Assembly (NCBI GenBank): GCA_030650275.1
Contig: JAUSEK010000011.1
Location: 9,890 to 73,889 of the forward strand
Direction: 5' to 3'
DNA length: 64,000 bases
From: Candidatus Omnitrophota bacterium
Lineage (GTDB): Bacteria; Omnitrophota; Gorgyraeia; Zapsychrales; Fredricksoniimonadaceae
Shown: piece after piece, positions 1 to 11,662 of the stretch
Position numbering within the stretch: position 1 is the stretch's first letter
Layout: each line of letters starts with the position of its first letter
Made by a program: the position numbers and the translations under genes
The notes under the pieces: generated by a model
What the model saw: only the letters and a program-made list of their open reading frames with translations
Database searches by the model: none
Told to the model about the DNA's origin: nothing

Positions 1-2
1 CC

Positions 3-983
3 ATGGCCACGTTCTTTGATTCCTCGTGGTATTTCCTGCGTTATGTTTCCGCCCGCGATGACCGGCAGGTGTTTGACAAGGCGGAGGCGAAATACTGGAT
101 GCCGGTGGACCAGTATGTCGGCGGCATCGAGCACGCCATTCTGCATTTATTGTATTCACGGTTTTTTACAAAATTTTTTAAAGACCTGAACCTCATTGAT
201 CTTGACGAGCCATTTGTGCGCCTGTTGACCCAGGGCATGGTGCTCAAAGACGGGGAGGTCATGTCCAAGTCGCGCGGCAACGCCGTTGACCCCGACGAGG
301 TTTTATCCAAATACGGGGCGGACACCTTGCGTTTGTTCATCCTGTTCGCAGCACCCCCCGAAGACCAGCTGGAATACAACAGCGACGGCCTGGAAGGCGC
401 CTGGCGGTTCCTTAACCGCGTGTATCAGATGGTCGAGAAACGTTATCAGAGAACGGACGCTGCCTATGCGTTCAAAGACCTGCCGGATGCACAGCGCGAT
501 CTGGAACGTGAGCGCCATCGGACCATCAAGAAAGTGGGGCAGGCGTTGGAGGAGGACTTTAAGTTCAATACCGCCTTAAGCCAGATGATGATCCTGGCCA
601 ATGCCATTGACAAACATAAAAGCGCTGCCCTCCAATCCGGCGCCGTGGTGGACCAAAGCATTGAGACCCTGGTGCTTTTATTGGCGCCCATCGCTCCGCA
701 CGTGTGCGAAGAGATGTGGCAGATGATGGGAAAGCCGGATGCCACCATCGCCCATGTTCCCTGGCCTTCTTATGATGAGCAAGCCATGGTCCAGAGCGTT
801 GTCACCATGGCCGTCCAGGTCAACGGCAAGGTGCGCGGCCAGTTCACGGTCCACGCCGACGCGTCCGAGGCGGACATCAAGGCCATTGTGCTGGCCGACG
901 CCAACGTGCAAAAATACGTCCAAAACCTGGCCATCAAGAAATTCATTGTCGTTCCCCACAAATTGGTTAGTATAGTGGTGTGA
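3..983 (+). CDS. leuS: Leucyl-tRNA synthetase, C-terminal portion (5' end truncated by window edge)
   Basis: ORF open at window start; class I aaRS KMSKS motif (VMSKSRGN) and LeuS-type C-terminal anticodon-binding region. Confidence 0.9.
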   Translation: MATFFDSSWYFLRYVSARDDRQVFDKAEAKYWMPVDQYVGGIEHAILHLLYSRFFTKFFKDLNLIDLDEPFVRLLTQGMVLKDGEVMSKSRGNAVDPDEVLSKYGADTLRLFILFAAPPEDQLEYNSDGLEGAWRFLNRVYQMVEKRYQRTDAAYAFKDLPDAQRDLERERHRTIKKVGQALEEDFKFNTALSQMMILANAIDKHKSAALQSGAVVDQSIETLVLLLAPIAPHVCEEMWQMMGKPDATIAHVPWPSYDEQAMVQSVVTMAVQVNGKVRGQFTVHADASEADIKAIVLADANVQKYVQNLAIKKFIVVPHKLVSIVV

Positions 984-2269
984 TGAGATTTTACGCCGAC
1001 CTGCACATCCATTCCCATTTTTCCCGCGCCACCAGTAAAAATTTAGACCTTGAACATTTGTACCTCTGGGCCCAACTCAAAGGCATCCACGTTGTCGGCA
1101 CCGGCGATTGCGTGCATCCGGGCTGGATGAAAGAACTGGAAGAAAAGCTCGAGCCCGCTGAAGAAGGGTTTTTCAAACTTAAGACCAAATTCGCCAAGCC
1201 CATGGACGCGCAAGTGCCGCCGGCCTGCCGCGCGGACGTGCGCTTCGCGCTCACCGTCGAGATCTCCAATATTTATAAACGTCTTGATAAGGTCCGTAAA
1301 GTCCACAATCTGATCTGGTTTCCCTCGTTTGAGGCCGCCAAAAATGTGCAGGCCAAATTAGGCGCCATCGGGAATATCAAAAGCGACGGCCGGCCTATCT
1401 TGGGGCTGGATTCGCGCGACCTTCTGGAGATCGCCCTTGAGGCGGACAAGGACAATATTTTTGTGCCGGCCCACATATGGACGCCGTGGTTCTCGGCCTT
1501 GGGTTCCATGGGAGGATTTGACCGGATGGAAGATTGCTTCGCAGACCTGACGGACCACATTTTTGCCGTTGAGACCGGGCTTTCGTCCGACCCCCTGATG
1601 AACTGGCGTTTGAAACAACTTGACCCATTCATTCTAGTATCCAACTCCGACGCGCACTCGCCCCCCAAACTCGGGCGCGAAGCCAACATCTTTGATACCG
1701 AATTCAGTTATCGCGGCATTCTCAACGCGCTCAAGGACCCAAAGGACAAAGGGCTCGTGGGCACCTTGGAATTCTTTCCGGAAGAAGGCAAATACCATTA
1801 TGACGGCCATCGCGTTTGTCAGGCGCGTTTGCATCCCAAGGAGACCATTGCCCATAAGGGTTTGTGTCCTGTGTGCAGAAAGCCAGTCACCGTCGGGGTC
1901 ATGGCGCGTGTGGAAGAATTGGCCGACCGTCCTGAAGGAGAAAAGTCCCCGCGCTGGCGGCCGTATACCAGCTTGATCCCTTTGCCGGAACTCATTGCCG
2001 AAGCCAAGGACGTGGGGCCTTCCAGCAAACAGGTGCAGGAAATTTTCATGAACATGCTGGCGAAGTTGGGAAGTGAATTTCATATCCTGATGGATGCTCC
2101 CATTGATGTGATCAAAAAGAGCACCGGAGAGATTGTTGCCGAAGGGATTTCCCGCATGCGCCAGGGCAAGGTTAAGATCGCGGCCGGTTATGACGGCGAA
2201 TTCGGCACGATCAATATCTTTTCCGACAAGGAACGCCAACGCATTGACCGCCAATTAGCCCTCTTTTGA
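980..2269 (+). CDS. Endonuclease Q (EndoQ)-like PHP-domain nuclease with C-terminal Zn-ribbon
   Basis: N-terminal YADLHIHSHFSRA...VVGTGD motif typical of PHP/EndoQ family (TIGR00375-like); C-terminal Cys cluster CQARLHPKETIAHKGLCPVCRK; ATGA-type overlap with leuS stop. Confidence 0.55.
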   Translation: MMRFYADLHIHSHFSRATSKNLDLEHLYLWAQLKGIHVVGTGDCVHPGWMKELEEKLEPAEEGFFKLKTKFAKPMDAQVPPACRADVRFALTVEISNIYKRLDKVRKVHNLIWFPSFEAAKNVQAKLGAIGNIKSDGRPILGLDSRDLLEIALEADKDNIFVPAHIWTPWFSALGSMGGFDRMEDCFADLTDHIFAVETGLSSDPLMNWRLKQLDPFILVSNSDAHSPPKLGREANIFDTEFSYRGILNALKDPKDKGLVGTLEFFPEEGKYHYDGHRVCQARLHPKETIAHKGLCPVCRKPVTVGVMARVEELADRPEGEKSPRWRPYTSLIPLPELIAEAKDVGPSSKQVQEIFMNMLAKLGSEFHILMDAPIDVIKKSTGEIVAEGISRMRQGKVKIAAGYDGEFGTINIFSDKERQRIDRQLALF

Positions 2270-2300
2270 TGGTTCGACGCGCTTCGCTTGCTCACCATAA

Positions 2301-3827
2301 ATGAAAAAACCGCAGGACCTCAATAATGCCCAATGGCAGGCTGTCACGCATGACAGCGGGCATCTGCTCATCGTCGCCGGGCCAGGCACCGGCAAAACCC
2401 ACACCTTGACTTATCGGATCGCCCGTTTGACCGAGCACCTCACCAATGACCAGCGCGTTTTGGCGGTGACCTTCACCAATAAGGCCGCGGATCAGATGCA
2501 AGAGCGTCTCAAACAAAAAGGCGCGGACGCCGGAAAATTCTGGGCGGGAACATTTCATCGTTTTTGCGTTCAGCTGTTGCGTCAACACGCCCAGGATACG
2601 GATCTGCCCAACAATTTTCAAATTGCCTTGCCCCGGCAGATCGCGGCCCTGACCAAGGACATATGGCCGGGCAAAACCATGGCCCAGCGCCAGGCGGTCT
2701 TGGAAAATATTTCATGGATCAAATCCACACGGCTTGTCCTTGATCCCAACGAGGATTTCAAAGCGTATCACCGTTTCTTGCGGGGAAAGGGACTGATTGA
2801 TTTTGACGATATCTTGCGCGAAGCGTTGATCCTATTGGAAAATAACGACGAGGCCGCCGATGCAACGCGGCGGCAATACCCGTTCGTCTGTGTGGATGAA
2901 TACCAGGACATCAACATCGTTCAAAACGCTTTACTTAAAATTTTAAGCCGTGACGGCACACTGTTAACCGCTATCGGCGACCCGGACCAAAGCATTTACG
3001 GTTTTCGCGGCAGCGAAGTAAAATTGTTCCATCGTTTTGCGGATGATTTTCCCAATGGGACGCGTTTATACTTGAATGAGAATTACCGTTCGGCGCCCAA
3101 TCTTTTGCAGGCCAGCGGTCAGGTTATTGGACAAGACGGGAAACAGGAAGATTTTCAGCTGGTGGCCAAAATTCACAGCGAGGGCCGTTTGGTCGTGCAT
3201 GAGGCGGCCACGGACCGGGCCGAGGCCGAATATATCGCCCATGAAATTGAAAAAATGGTCGGCGGTTTGAGTTTATTGTCCGCCTTTGTCCGACGGCACG
3301 GGCATGTCCCACGCACGTTCGGGGACATCGCGGTCCTTTACCGGTTAAACGCGCAAAAAATTTGTCTCATTCAGGCGCTGGAACATTTGGGTATCCCATA
3401 CCAAGCATCCGATGCAGCCAAGCCGCAAGCAGGAGGGGATGACGACGTCCTTTTGCGCGCGGCGGAAGAGACGCTGGACTATAACGTGGAAAAGGTTTCG
3501 CTGTTGACCCTGCACGCGGCCAAGGGTTTGGAATTTCCCGTTGTTTTTATCGCCGGATGCGAAGAACATCTTTTGCCTTTGGTCGCGGCGGGTATGGCAG
3601 GGGACAGAGAAGAGGAGCGGCGGTTATTTTACGTAGGCATGACGCGCGCCAAGGAGTTTTTGTATCTGACCCGCGCCGAGCGCCGCCAATTGTTCGGCAA
3701 AGGGATGTTCAATGGTCCTTCGCCGTTTTTGGCAGACATCGAGGAGGACTTAAAGGCCTATGAGGCCGGCCGCAGGAAAAAGATCAAACCCGCCCTTGCG
3801 CCGGACCAGCAGATGAAATTGTTTTGA
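2301..3827 (+). CDS. Compact UvrD/PcrA-family SF1 DNA helicase (508 aa)
   Basis: Walker A GPGTGKT, motif II VDEYQD, motif III GDPDQSIYGFRG, motif IV NYRS, motif V LTLHAAKGLEFP, motif VI VGMTRAK; lacks long 2B insertion. Confidence 0.8.
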   Translation: MKKPQDLNNAQWQAVTHDSGHLLIVAGPGTGKTHTLTYRIARLTEHLTNDQRVLAVTFTNKAADQMQERLKQKGADAGKFWAGTFHRFCVQLLRQHAQDTDLPNNFQIALPRQIAALTKDIWPGKTMAQRQAVLENISWIKSTRLVLDPNEDFKAYHRFLRGKGLIDFDDILREALILLENNDEAADATRRQYPFVCVDEYQDINIVQNALLKILSRDGTLLTAIGDPDQSIYGFRGSEVKLFHRFADDFPNGTRLYLNENYRSAPNLLQASGQVIGQDGKQEDFQLVAKIHSEGRLVVHEAATDRAEAEYIAHEIEKMVGGLSLLSAFVRRHGHVPRTFGDIAVLYRLNAQKICLIQALEHLGIPYQASDAAKPQAGGDDDVLLRAAEETLDYNVEKVSLLTLHAAKGLEFPVVFIAGCEEHLLPLVAAGMAGDREEERRLFYVGMTRAKEFLYLTRAERRQLFGKGMFNGPSPFLADIEEDLKAYEAGRRKKIKPALAPDQQMKLF

Positions 3828-3910
3828 CATAACCCATCGTATTTCTTATACTGCTTTTGTCGTTCCCCGCGGCGCAGTTTCTTCTTAATTCCCCTTTGTG
3901 AGCTTCATTC

Positions 3911-4246
3911 ATGTTTGCTTTGACCCCGCAGGAGCGCTCGGTTCTGGCCTGGCTTTTGACCATTGGCCTCGTCGGAACCCTTGTGACCATCGGATTAAAG
4001 AAAGACGCGAAGATCATCCGTTGGGTCAACACCGCGCGCCTTGCCCATCACAACACCTCGGTTTCCATCAATACGGCCACGGCTGAAGAACTGGATAAAG
4101 TCCCAGGCATCGGCCCTAAGACCGCCGCCAACATCATCGCCGCCCGCGAGGCCGATGGCCCTTTTCGATCCCTTGACGATCTGCGCCGCGTTAAAGGCAT
4201 CACCAAGAAGAATTTTTCCAGCATCATCGGACATTTGCGCTTATGA
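3911..4246 (+). CDS. comEA: ComEA-like helix-hairpin-helix DNA-binding protein
   Basis: N-terminal TM helix then INTATAEELDKVPGIGPKTAANIIAAREADGPFRSLDDLRRVKGI (HhH motif pair typical of ComEA). Confidence 0.7.
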   Translation: MFALTPQERSVLAWLLTIGLVGTLVTIGLKKDAKIIRWVNTARLAHHNTSVSINTATAEELDKVPGIGPKTAANIIAAREADGPFRSLDDLRRVKGITKKNFSSIIGHLRL

Positions 4247-5652
4247 AAATGCATCGCCCATGCCTTTGGCTGTCCCTGGCCTTGGCCGCCGGTATCGTCG
4301 CGGGTGACCGGACATTTTTGCCTTTCGCGGGGTGGCTGTTCCTGTTCGGCCTGGCCTTAGCCGCATCGTTTATTTTTCAACGGACGGTTATTTTTTATAT
4401 GGCCGTGTTTTGTTTGGGCGCGGTCCTGATCCAGAACGTTTATCTTTTGCCCGCGGATGATATGGCCCGGCTTTCAATGCGGGAGCGCGCAGATCTTAGA
4501 TCCGTCGAGGGTGTCGTGGATTCGGATGTGCGCGTTATGATCGGACCGATGAGTTCTAAGCGGGTTTTTGATCTGCAAGTCGAACAGATCAAGGTTGGGG
4601 AGACCTGGGTTTCTAAGAAGGGAAAGATACAGGCGCAGGTCTATCAGGACGTCCCCGTGATGTATGGGCAGAGATTACGTTTAGGAGGAGGTTTGCATAC
4701 GCCTTATTCCGGCAAGCCGGGGGAGAAGTTTTCTTATAGGGACCATTTGCGCCGCCAGGGTATTTTTTGGATCTTAAGCGTCAGCAAAAAGAGCGATGCC
4801 CAGATCATCGGCAACGGCTTTGGCAATCCATTTGTCGCTTTGTCGCTCAAGACACGCGGGCACACCAAATCCGTTTTAAATCAATACCTGGCACCCGACG
4901 AGGCGGGGGTGATCGCGGCCATGCTGGTCGGGGACCGCGGCCAAATGCCTCGGGACTTGAAGGATGTTTTCGTGCGCACCGGCACGGCCCATATTTTGGC
5001 CATCAGCGGCATGAACATGGCCATCATCGCGGGGGTCGTCTTTTTTATTTTGCGTTTATGCCCCATCCCGCGCGCGGCGCAATTGTTGACGACAATAGCA
5101 CTTTTGTTCATCTACACGTTCGTGAGCGGATGGGCGCCGTCGGTCGTGCGGGCATGTTTGATGTCTTCCGTTTTTTTGGCGGGGTTTGTTTTTGAAGAAG
5201 AAGGGGAGCCGTTCAATTCTTTGGGGTTGGCGGCATTGCTTTTGTTGTTGATGGACCCGCGCAACCTCTTTGACATCGGGTTCCAATTGTCCTTTGCCGC
5301 GGTCGCGGCCATCTTCCTTTTATACGGGCCCTGCCAGAGCGTCCTGAAATTCTTGCCCGGATGCCTCGCCAAGCCGCTGGCTGTTTCTTTGGCCGCGTGG
5401 ACCGGCACGGCAGGCCTGTTCTTATATCATTTCGGCACCATCGCCCCGGTCGGTATTCTGGCCAACCTTCCCATCGTTCCGCTGGCTGACATGGTCGTTA
5501 TTCTGGCGCTGGGGCTTGCCTTTACGGGAACATGTTTGCCGGTTTTTGCCTACGCGTTCGCCGGTTCCCTTAAGGTCGTTTTCAATCTGATGGTCGTTGC
5601 GGCCATGGGATTCAGTCAGATCCCGTGGGGGTATTTCGTGTTCCCTGAATAG
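4243..5652 (+). CDS. comEC: ComEC/Rec2 competence membrane channel (OB-fold + competence domain; no C-terminal metallo-beta-lactamase domain)
   Basis: Polytopic membrane protein with ComEC signature TGTAHILAISGMNMAIIAG; ATGA overlap with comEA. Confidence 0.75.
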   Translation: MKMHRPCLWLSLALAAGIVAGDRTFLPFAGWLFLFGLALAASFIFQRTVIFYMAVFCLGAVLIQNVYLLPADDMARLSMRERADLRSVEGVVDSDVRVMIGPMSSKRVFDLQVEQIKVGETWVSKKGKIQAQVYQDVPVMYGQRLRLGGGLHTPYSGKPGEKFSYRDHLRRQGIFWILSVSKKSDAQIIGNGFGNPFVALSLKTRGHTKSVLNQYLAPDEAGVIAAMLVGDRGQMPRDLKDVFVRTGTAHILAISGMNMAIIAGVVFFILRLCPIPRAAQLLTTIALLFIYTFVSGWAPSVVRACLMSSVFLAGFVFEEEGEPFNSLGLAALLLLLMDPRNLFDIGFQLSFAAVAAIFLLYGPCQSVLKFLPGCLAKPLAVSLAAWTGTAGLFLYHFGTIAPVGILANLPIVPLADMVVILALGLAFTGTCLPVFAYAFAGSLKVVFNLMVVAAMGFSQIPWGYFVFPE

Positions 5653-5704
5653 CCATACAATAGTATGGTATATAGTATTGACAATATGAAAACAGGAGGT
5701 ATAC
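5652..5704 (+). promoter_or_regulatory. Putative sigma70 promoter (TTGACA-16-TATACT) preceded by 16-bp palindrome CCATACAATAGTATGG (candidate operator) upstream of brnT
   Basis: TTGACA at 5677-5682, TATACT at 5699-5704; palindrome 5652-5667; AT-rich intergenic region. Confidence 0.4.
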
Positions 5705-5709
5705 TTTAA

Positions 5710-5994
5710 ATGGAAAGTAACTTTATTTGGGATCTGGGCAAAGAGGCGGCAAATGTTCAAAAGCATAAAGTCGATTTTAAAACAGCGATGCGTGCTTTTT
5801 TGGACCCTCACAGAAAGATATTTTTTGATGAGAAACACAGTTGTCATGAAGACAGGTTCTTTTGCGTTGGTAAGATCATAGGCAGGGTATTGACCGTAAG
5901 GTTTATGTATAGAGCAAATAAAATTCGCATTATAGGAGCTGGTTTTTGGCGGAAAGGAGCTAAGTATTATGAAAAAGAAGAAAATAACAGATGA
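5710..5994 (+). CDS. brnT: BrnT-like (DUF497) type II toxin
   Basis: N-terminal FIWDLGKEAANVQKHKVDFKTAMRAF matches BrnT/DUF497 pattern; low GC (~38%); overlaps downstream antitoxin gene by 26 bp. Confidence 0.6.
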   Translation: MESNFIWDLGKEAANVQKHKVDFKTAMRAFLDPHRKIFFDEKHSCHEDRFFCVGKIIGRVLTVRFMYRANKIRIIGAGFWRKGAKYYEKEENNR

Positions 5995-6208
5995 GAATAT
6001 GCCTATTGGTAAGTTGATCCGGGTGCCTGATTTTTTGCCGCCGCCGGATCAGTTGGTTTTTCCGGATGGAACGATCAAGGTGACATTATCTTTGACCAGG
6101 GAAAGTGTTAATTTTTTTAAAAAGAAGGCCAAGCGTCATCACACGAAATACCAGAAGATGATCCGGGAAGTGGTGGACCGTTATGCCAGGCAATTCAATG
6201 GGTCCTGA
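5969..6208 (+). CDS. brnA: BrnA-like antitoxin (CopG/RHH-like)
   Basis: 79-aa basic protein translationally coupled to BrnT-like gene; typical BrnA size/organisation. Confidence 0.55.
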   Translation: MKKKKITDENMPIGKLIRVPDFLPPPDQLVFPDGTIKVTLSLTRESVNFFKKKAKRHHTKYQKMIREVVDRYARQFNGS

Positions 6209-6267
6209 TAAGATCATTTTTCTGCTTCGTTATTGACTAAATTTTCTGGGGTGGTTAAATTAAAAAC

Positions 6268-7287
6268 ATGCGCATCGTCCTTTTGCTTTTTTTAGCGGTT
6301 GTTCAGACAGCCCTGCTTTGGGCGGCAGAGCCCGTCAAGGACGGTTTTTACGACGAGCGCGACGCCAAAGGCGTTCTGGTGCGCACCGTTGAATACCGCT
6401 ACGGGGCGCCCAACGGCCGCTTCCGCACTTTTTATCCCGATGGCCGCATCGAGGGCGCGGGCGGATACCTCAACGGAAAGTTGAGCGGTATGGCCCAGGG
6501 CTATTGGCCCGACGGGACCATGAAGGTCAAATCCTTCTACCGTGACGGCAAACTCCACGGCATATCCACCCTGTATTACAAGAACGGCAGGGTCCAAGCC
6601 GAGATCACCTATTTCAACGGCCTGCAGGGAGACCTGACCCGCGAATTTGACGAGGAAGGCCGTCCCGAGTGGGAACGTCATTTCATTAACGGCAAGGAAG
6701 AGGGCACGACCAAACAATTCTATCCTGCCAGCGGCGCCCTTTTCAGGGAATACAAATACAAAAACGGGAAGCAGACGGGTTTTGTCCGCGAATATTTTGA
6801 GAACGGCCGTCACAAAGGGACGTATGAGACCGTTGATGGCGTGCGTTCGGGGCTGGGTACGGAATATTATGAGACCGGAGAACTTTTACGCAAAGGACCC
6901 ATGGTCAACGGCCAATTCAACGGGCTGGTGACCATGTATTACCAAAACGGCCAGGTGCGCGGCAAGGCCGAATTCAAGGACGGGGCCATGGATGATCCCA
7001 ATTGGCGGGAATTTTATGACACCGGCGAATTATGGAATCTGGTGGCGGTGGTCAACGGCAAGAAGCAGGGGCCGGCCAAAGAATTTTACCGCAGCGGCGT
7101 CCTGAAAAATGAGGGAACGTTCAAAGACGACTGGCGCAACGGCATATTTAAGGTTTACGGCGAGGACGGCGTGCTCAAGGCCATGGATTTCTACGAGTAT
7201 GACCGCCTGCTGCGCCATCAGGAGTTCAACAAAGACGGGAAGCTCATTACCGAACAAATTTATTACACCCCCCTGTCCTCCCCTTGA
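6268..7287 (+). CDS. Secreted MORN-repeat (YwqK-like) protein
   Basis: Signal peptide MRIVLLLFLAVVQTALLWA; >10 tandem ~23-aa YxxGxxxGxxxxYYxNG repeats. Confidence 0.55.
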   Translation: MRIVLLLFLAVVQTALLWAAEPVKDGFYDERDAKGVLVRTVEYRYGAPNGRFRTFYPDGRIEGAGGYLNGKLSGMAQGYWPDGTMKVKSFYRDGKLHGISTLYYKNGRVQAEITYFNGLQGDLTREFDEEGRPEWERHFINGKEEGTTKQFYPASGALFREYKYKNGKQTGFVREYFENGRHKGTYETVDGVRSGLGTEYYETGELLRKGPMVNGQFNGLVTMYYQNGQVRGKAEFKDGAMDDPNWREFYDTGELWNLVAVVNGKKQGPAKEFYRSGVLKNEGTFKDDWRNGIFKVYGEDGVLKAMDFYEYDRLLRHQEFNKDGKLITEQIYYTPLSSP

Positions 7288-7311
7288 CAAAGAGTTTTTT
7301 TTTGCTATAAT
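7284..7311 (+). promoter_or_regulatory. sigma70-type promoter of hrcA operon (TTGACA-16-TATAAT)
   Basis: TTGACA 7284-7289, TATAAT 7306-7311, immediately upstream of CIRCE. Confidence 0.55.
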
Positions 7312-7312
7312 C

Positions 7313-7339
7313 TTAGCACACAAACATTGAGAGTGCTAA
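7313..7339 (+). promoter_or_regulatory. CIRCE operator (HrcA binding site) TTAGCACAC-N9-GAGTGCTAA
   Basis: Matches CIRCE consensus TTAGCACTC-N9-GAGTGCTAA with one mismatch; located 16 bp upstream of hrcA start. Confidence 0.8.
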
Positions 7340-7354
7340 TCGGGTAAATACGGT

Positions 7355-8089
7355 ATGTCATCCAAAAAGACTGACTTTCAGGAACGCAAAGAGCGGGTTT
7401 TGGGCATCGTGGTCGATGAGTATATCAAGAGCACGACGCCCGTGGGCTCGCATTTTATTGTCCAGCAATACTCTTTGGACCTAAGCCCGGCCACGATCCG
7501 CAATATTCTGGCGGAACTGGAGGAAGAGGGGTATTTGTCCCATCCGCATACCTCGGCCGGCCGCGTCCCGACCCAGACAGGGTACCGCTATTACGTGGAC
7601 CATTTGATGCATCAGATCCAGTTATTGGAGAAGGAAAAGGTCCGCCTGCATCAGGAATACGCGCAGGATTTGAACGAATTGGAAACGGCCCTGGATCATG
7701 CTTCACAGGCCATTTCCGAGATCACCCATTGCACCAGCATCATTGCCGTGGATGGGTGGGGACAGAAGATGATCTGCAAGGGGACCAGTTTTGTGGTCAA
7801 TTACCCCGAAGAGCGGGACCTGGAATCGATCCGCGCCATTTTGAGGACCCTGGAGCAAAAAGAGCAGATATTGAAGCTCATCAACCGCGACTTGGAAAAG
7901 AAGGTCTCCATTTATATCGGTCATGAGATGGCGCTTAAGGAAATGGACGGCTGTTCTTTGGCGGTCGCGCGTTTCAGCAATCGCGGGGCCGAAGGCCGCA
8001 TCGCCGTTTTGGGCCCCACCCGTATGGATTATGAGAGGGTCGTTTCCGCGCTGGATTACGTTTGCGGGCTGATCAACCGGGGCATATGA
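7355..8089 (+). CDS. hrcA: Heat-inducible transcription repressor HrcA (compact, 244 aa)
   Basis: N-terminal w[24 protein letters not shown]...[17 protein letters not shown]; followed by grpE-dnaK-dnaJ; CIRCE upstream. Confidence 0.85.
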   Translation: MSSKKTDFQERKERVLGIVVDEYIKSTTPVGSHFIVQQYSLDLSPATIRNILAELEEEGYLSHPHTSAGRVPTQTGYRYYVDHLMHQIQLLEKEKVRLHQEYAQDLNELETALDHASQAISEITHCTSIIAVDGWGQKMICKGTSFVVNYPEERDLESIRAILRTLEQKEQILKLINRDLEKKVSIYIGHEMALKEMDGCSLAVARFSNRGAEGRIAVLGPTRMDYERVVSALDYVCGLINRGI

Positions 8090-8586
8090 ACGAAGACATT
8101 GAACAAGACCCGCAAGAGGTCGCGCCTGAACCTGTCAAGCCACAACCCGTCGACGACGGTTATAAGGACAAATATGTCCGGCTGTTGGCTGAATTTGAGA
8201 ACGCGCGCAAACGCCAGGAACGCGAGCGTTCCCAGATCATCAAATACGCCCACGAAGAGATCGTGGTTGAACTTTTAGACGTCTTTGATGATCTGGAGCG
8301 GGCGCTGGCCGCGGCCAAGGCTAAAGAAGGCGGGGCAGGTGCCGGTGTCGTCAAGGGTTTGGAAATGGTCGCGATGAAATTGCAGGACGTGCTTAAGAAA
8401 TACGGAGTGGCGCCCATTGAGGCGGTGGGCAAGCCCTTTGACCCGCACATGCACGAACCGCTGATGCATGAGGCGAGCGGCGTGCATCCCGACGGGCATG
8501 TGATGGAAGAATTCCAAAAAGGATACACCTTAAGCGGGCGCGTGGTGCGCACCGCCAAGGTCAAGGTAGCGAAAAACAATACGTAG
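8086..8586 (+). CDS. grpE: Nucleotide exchange factor GrpE
   Basis: [19 protein letters not shown] and C-terminal GrpE beta-domain; ATGA overlap with hrcA stop (ORF track start 8062 is an upstream alternative). Confidence 0.85.
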   Translation: MNEDIEQDPQEVAPEPVKPQPVDDGYKDKYVRLLAEFENARKRQERERSQIIKYAHEEIVVELLDVFDDLERALAAAKAKEGGAGAGVVKGLEMVAMKLQDVLKKYGVAPIEAVGKPFDPHMHEPLMHEASGVHPDGHVMEEFQKGYTLSGRVVRTAKVKVAKNNT

Positions 8587-8606
8587 GGGCGGGGACCCCG
8601 CCCGTA
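8583..8606 (+). repeat. GC-rich palindromic hairpin GTAGGGGCGGGG-A-CCCCGCCCGTAC between grpE and dnaK (member of a small repeat family, see 58825)
   Basis: Near-perfect inverted repeat directly after grpE stop; second copy upstream of btuB-like gene. Confidence 0.45.
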
Positions 8607-8632
8607 CATGGATATAAAAACAGGAGGGAATT

Positions 8633-10536
<1,904 letters not shown>

Positions 10537-10537
<1 letters not shown>

Positions 10538-11661
10538 TGAAGAAGGATTATTACGAGATCCTAGGCGTGCCCAAAAGCGCGCCTTTGGCTGATATCAAAA
10601 AGGCCTATCGTTCTTTGGCCCTCAAATATCATCCGGACCGTGTGCCCGAAGCGGAAAAAAAGCAGGCCGAGGAGAAATTCAAGGAAATTTCCGAGGCCTA
10701 CGGCGTTTTGTCAGACCCGAAGAAGCGCCAGACCTACGACCAGTTCGGCCATTCGGGCATTGACCAGAATTACACGGCCGAAGACATTTTCCGCGGCGCG
10801 GATTTCAGCAGTATTTTTGAAGGCGCGGGCTTGGGCGATATTTTAGGCCGCATGTTCGGCGGGGATTTTGATGTCTCCGGAATGGGCGGCGGCCGCGCCT
10901 CACGCGGGCCCGATATTCAATACGAGGTTGAGATCACCCTGGCCGAGGCCTATACGGGCATCAAGAGGTCCATCCGCGTTCCCCGCCATGAATTCTGCAA
11001 GACCTGCGACGGTTCCGGCGCAAGATCCAAAAGCGCTTTAAAGGCCTGCCCGGCGTGCAAAGGCCGGGGGCAGGTGGTGATGTCCAGCGGATTTTTCCGC
11101 ATGGCGCAGACCTGCGGCCAATGCCGGGGCACGGGCAAGATCATCACCGAAAAATGCCCGGAGTGTTCCGGCCACGGCCTCACGCGGGTGGTCCGCAATA
11201 TTGAAGTCAGCATTCCCGCCGGAGTGGACAATGATTCCCAATTGCGGGTGCGCGGGGAAGGTGAGGCCGGCAGCGGCGGCGCGGGCGACCTTTATTTGTA
11301 TATCCGCGTTTCAGACCATCCGGTTTTTCACCGCCGGGGACCGGAACTGTCCATGGACCTGGCCGTATCATTCGTGAAAGCGGCCCTGGGCGGGGAAGAA
11401 ACGATCGACGGTTTGAGGGAAAAGGTGGTCATGAAAATTCCCGCCGGCACCCAAAGCGGCAAGGTGTTCCGTTTGAGGGGGCACGGCATGCCTGACGTGC
11501 ATCATCACGATCACGGGGACCTCTATGTGCGGGTGATGCTCCAGGTGCCTGAAAATCTCAACAGCCGCCAGCGGGAACTTCTGGAAGAATTCGCCAAGAT
11601 CAGCGGCGATGGCGTGAACAACGGCTCCTTTAAGGATAAATTTAAAAGAGCGTTCAAATAA
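10537..11661 (+). CDS. dnaJ: Co-chaperone DnaJ
   Basis: J-domain YYEILGV...KYHPDR, G/F region, four CxxCxGxG zinc-finger repeats. Confidence 0.95.
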
Positions 11662-11662
11662 T

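Noticed and set aside
4767-5195. 142-aa + strand ORF in an alternate frame inside comEC
   Set aside because: It overlaps the conserved ComEC competence domain in another frame. The translation is Arg/Gly/His-rich junk with no start context.
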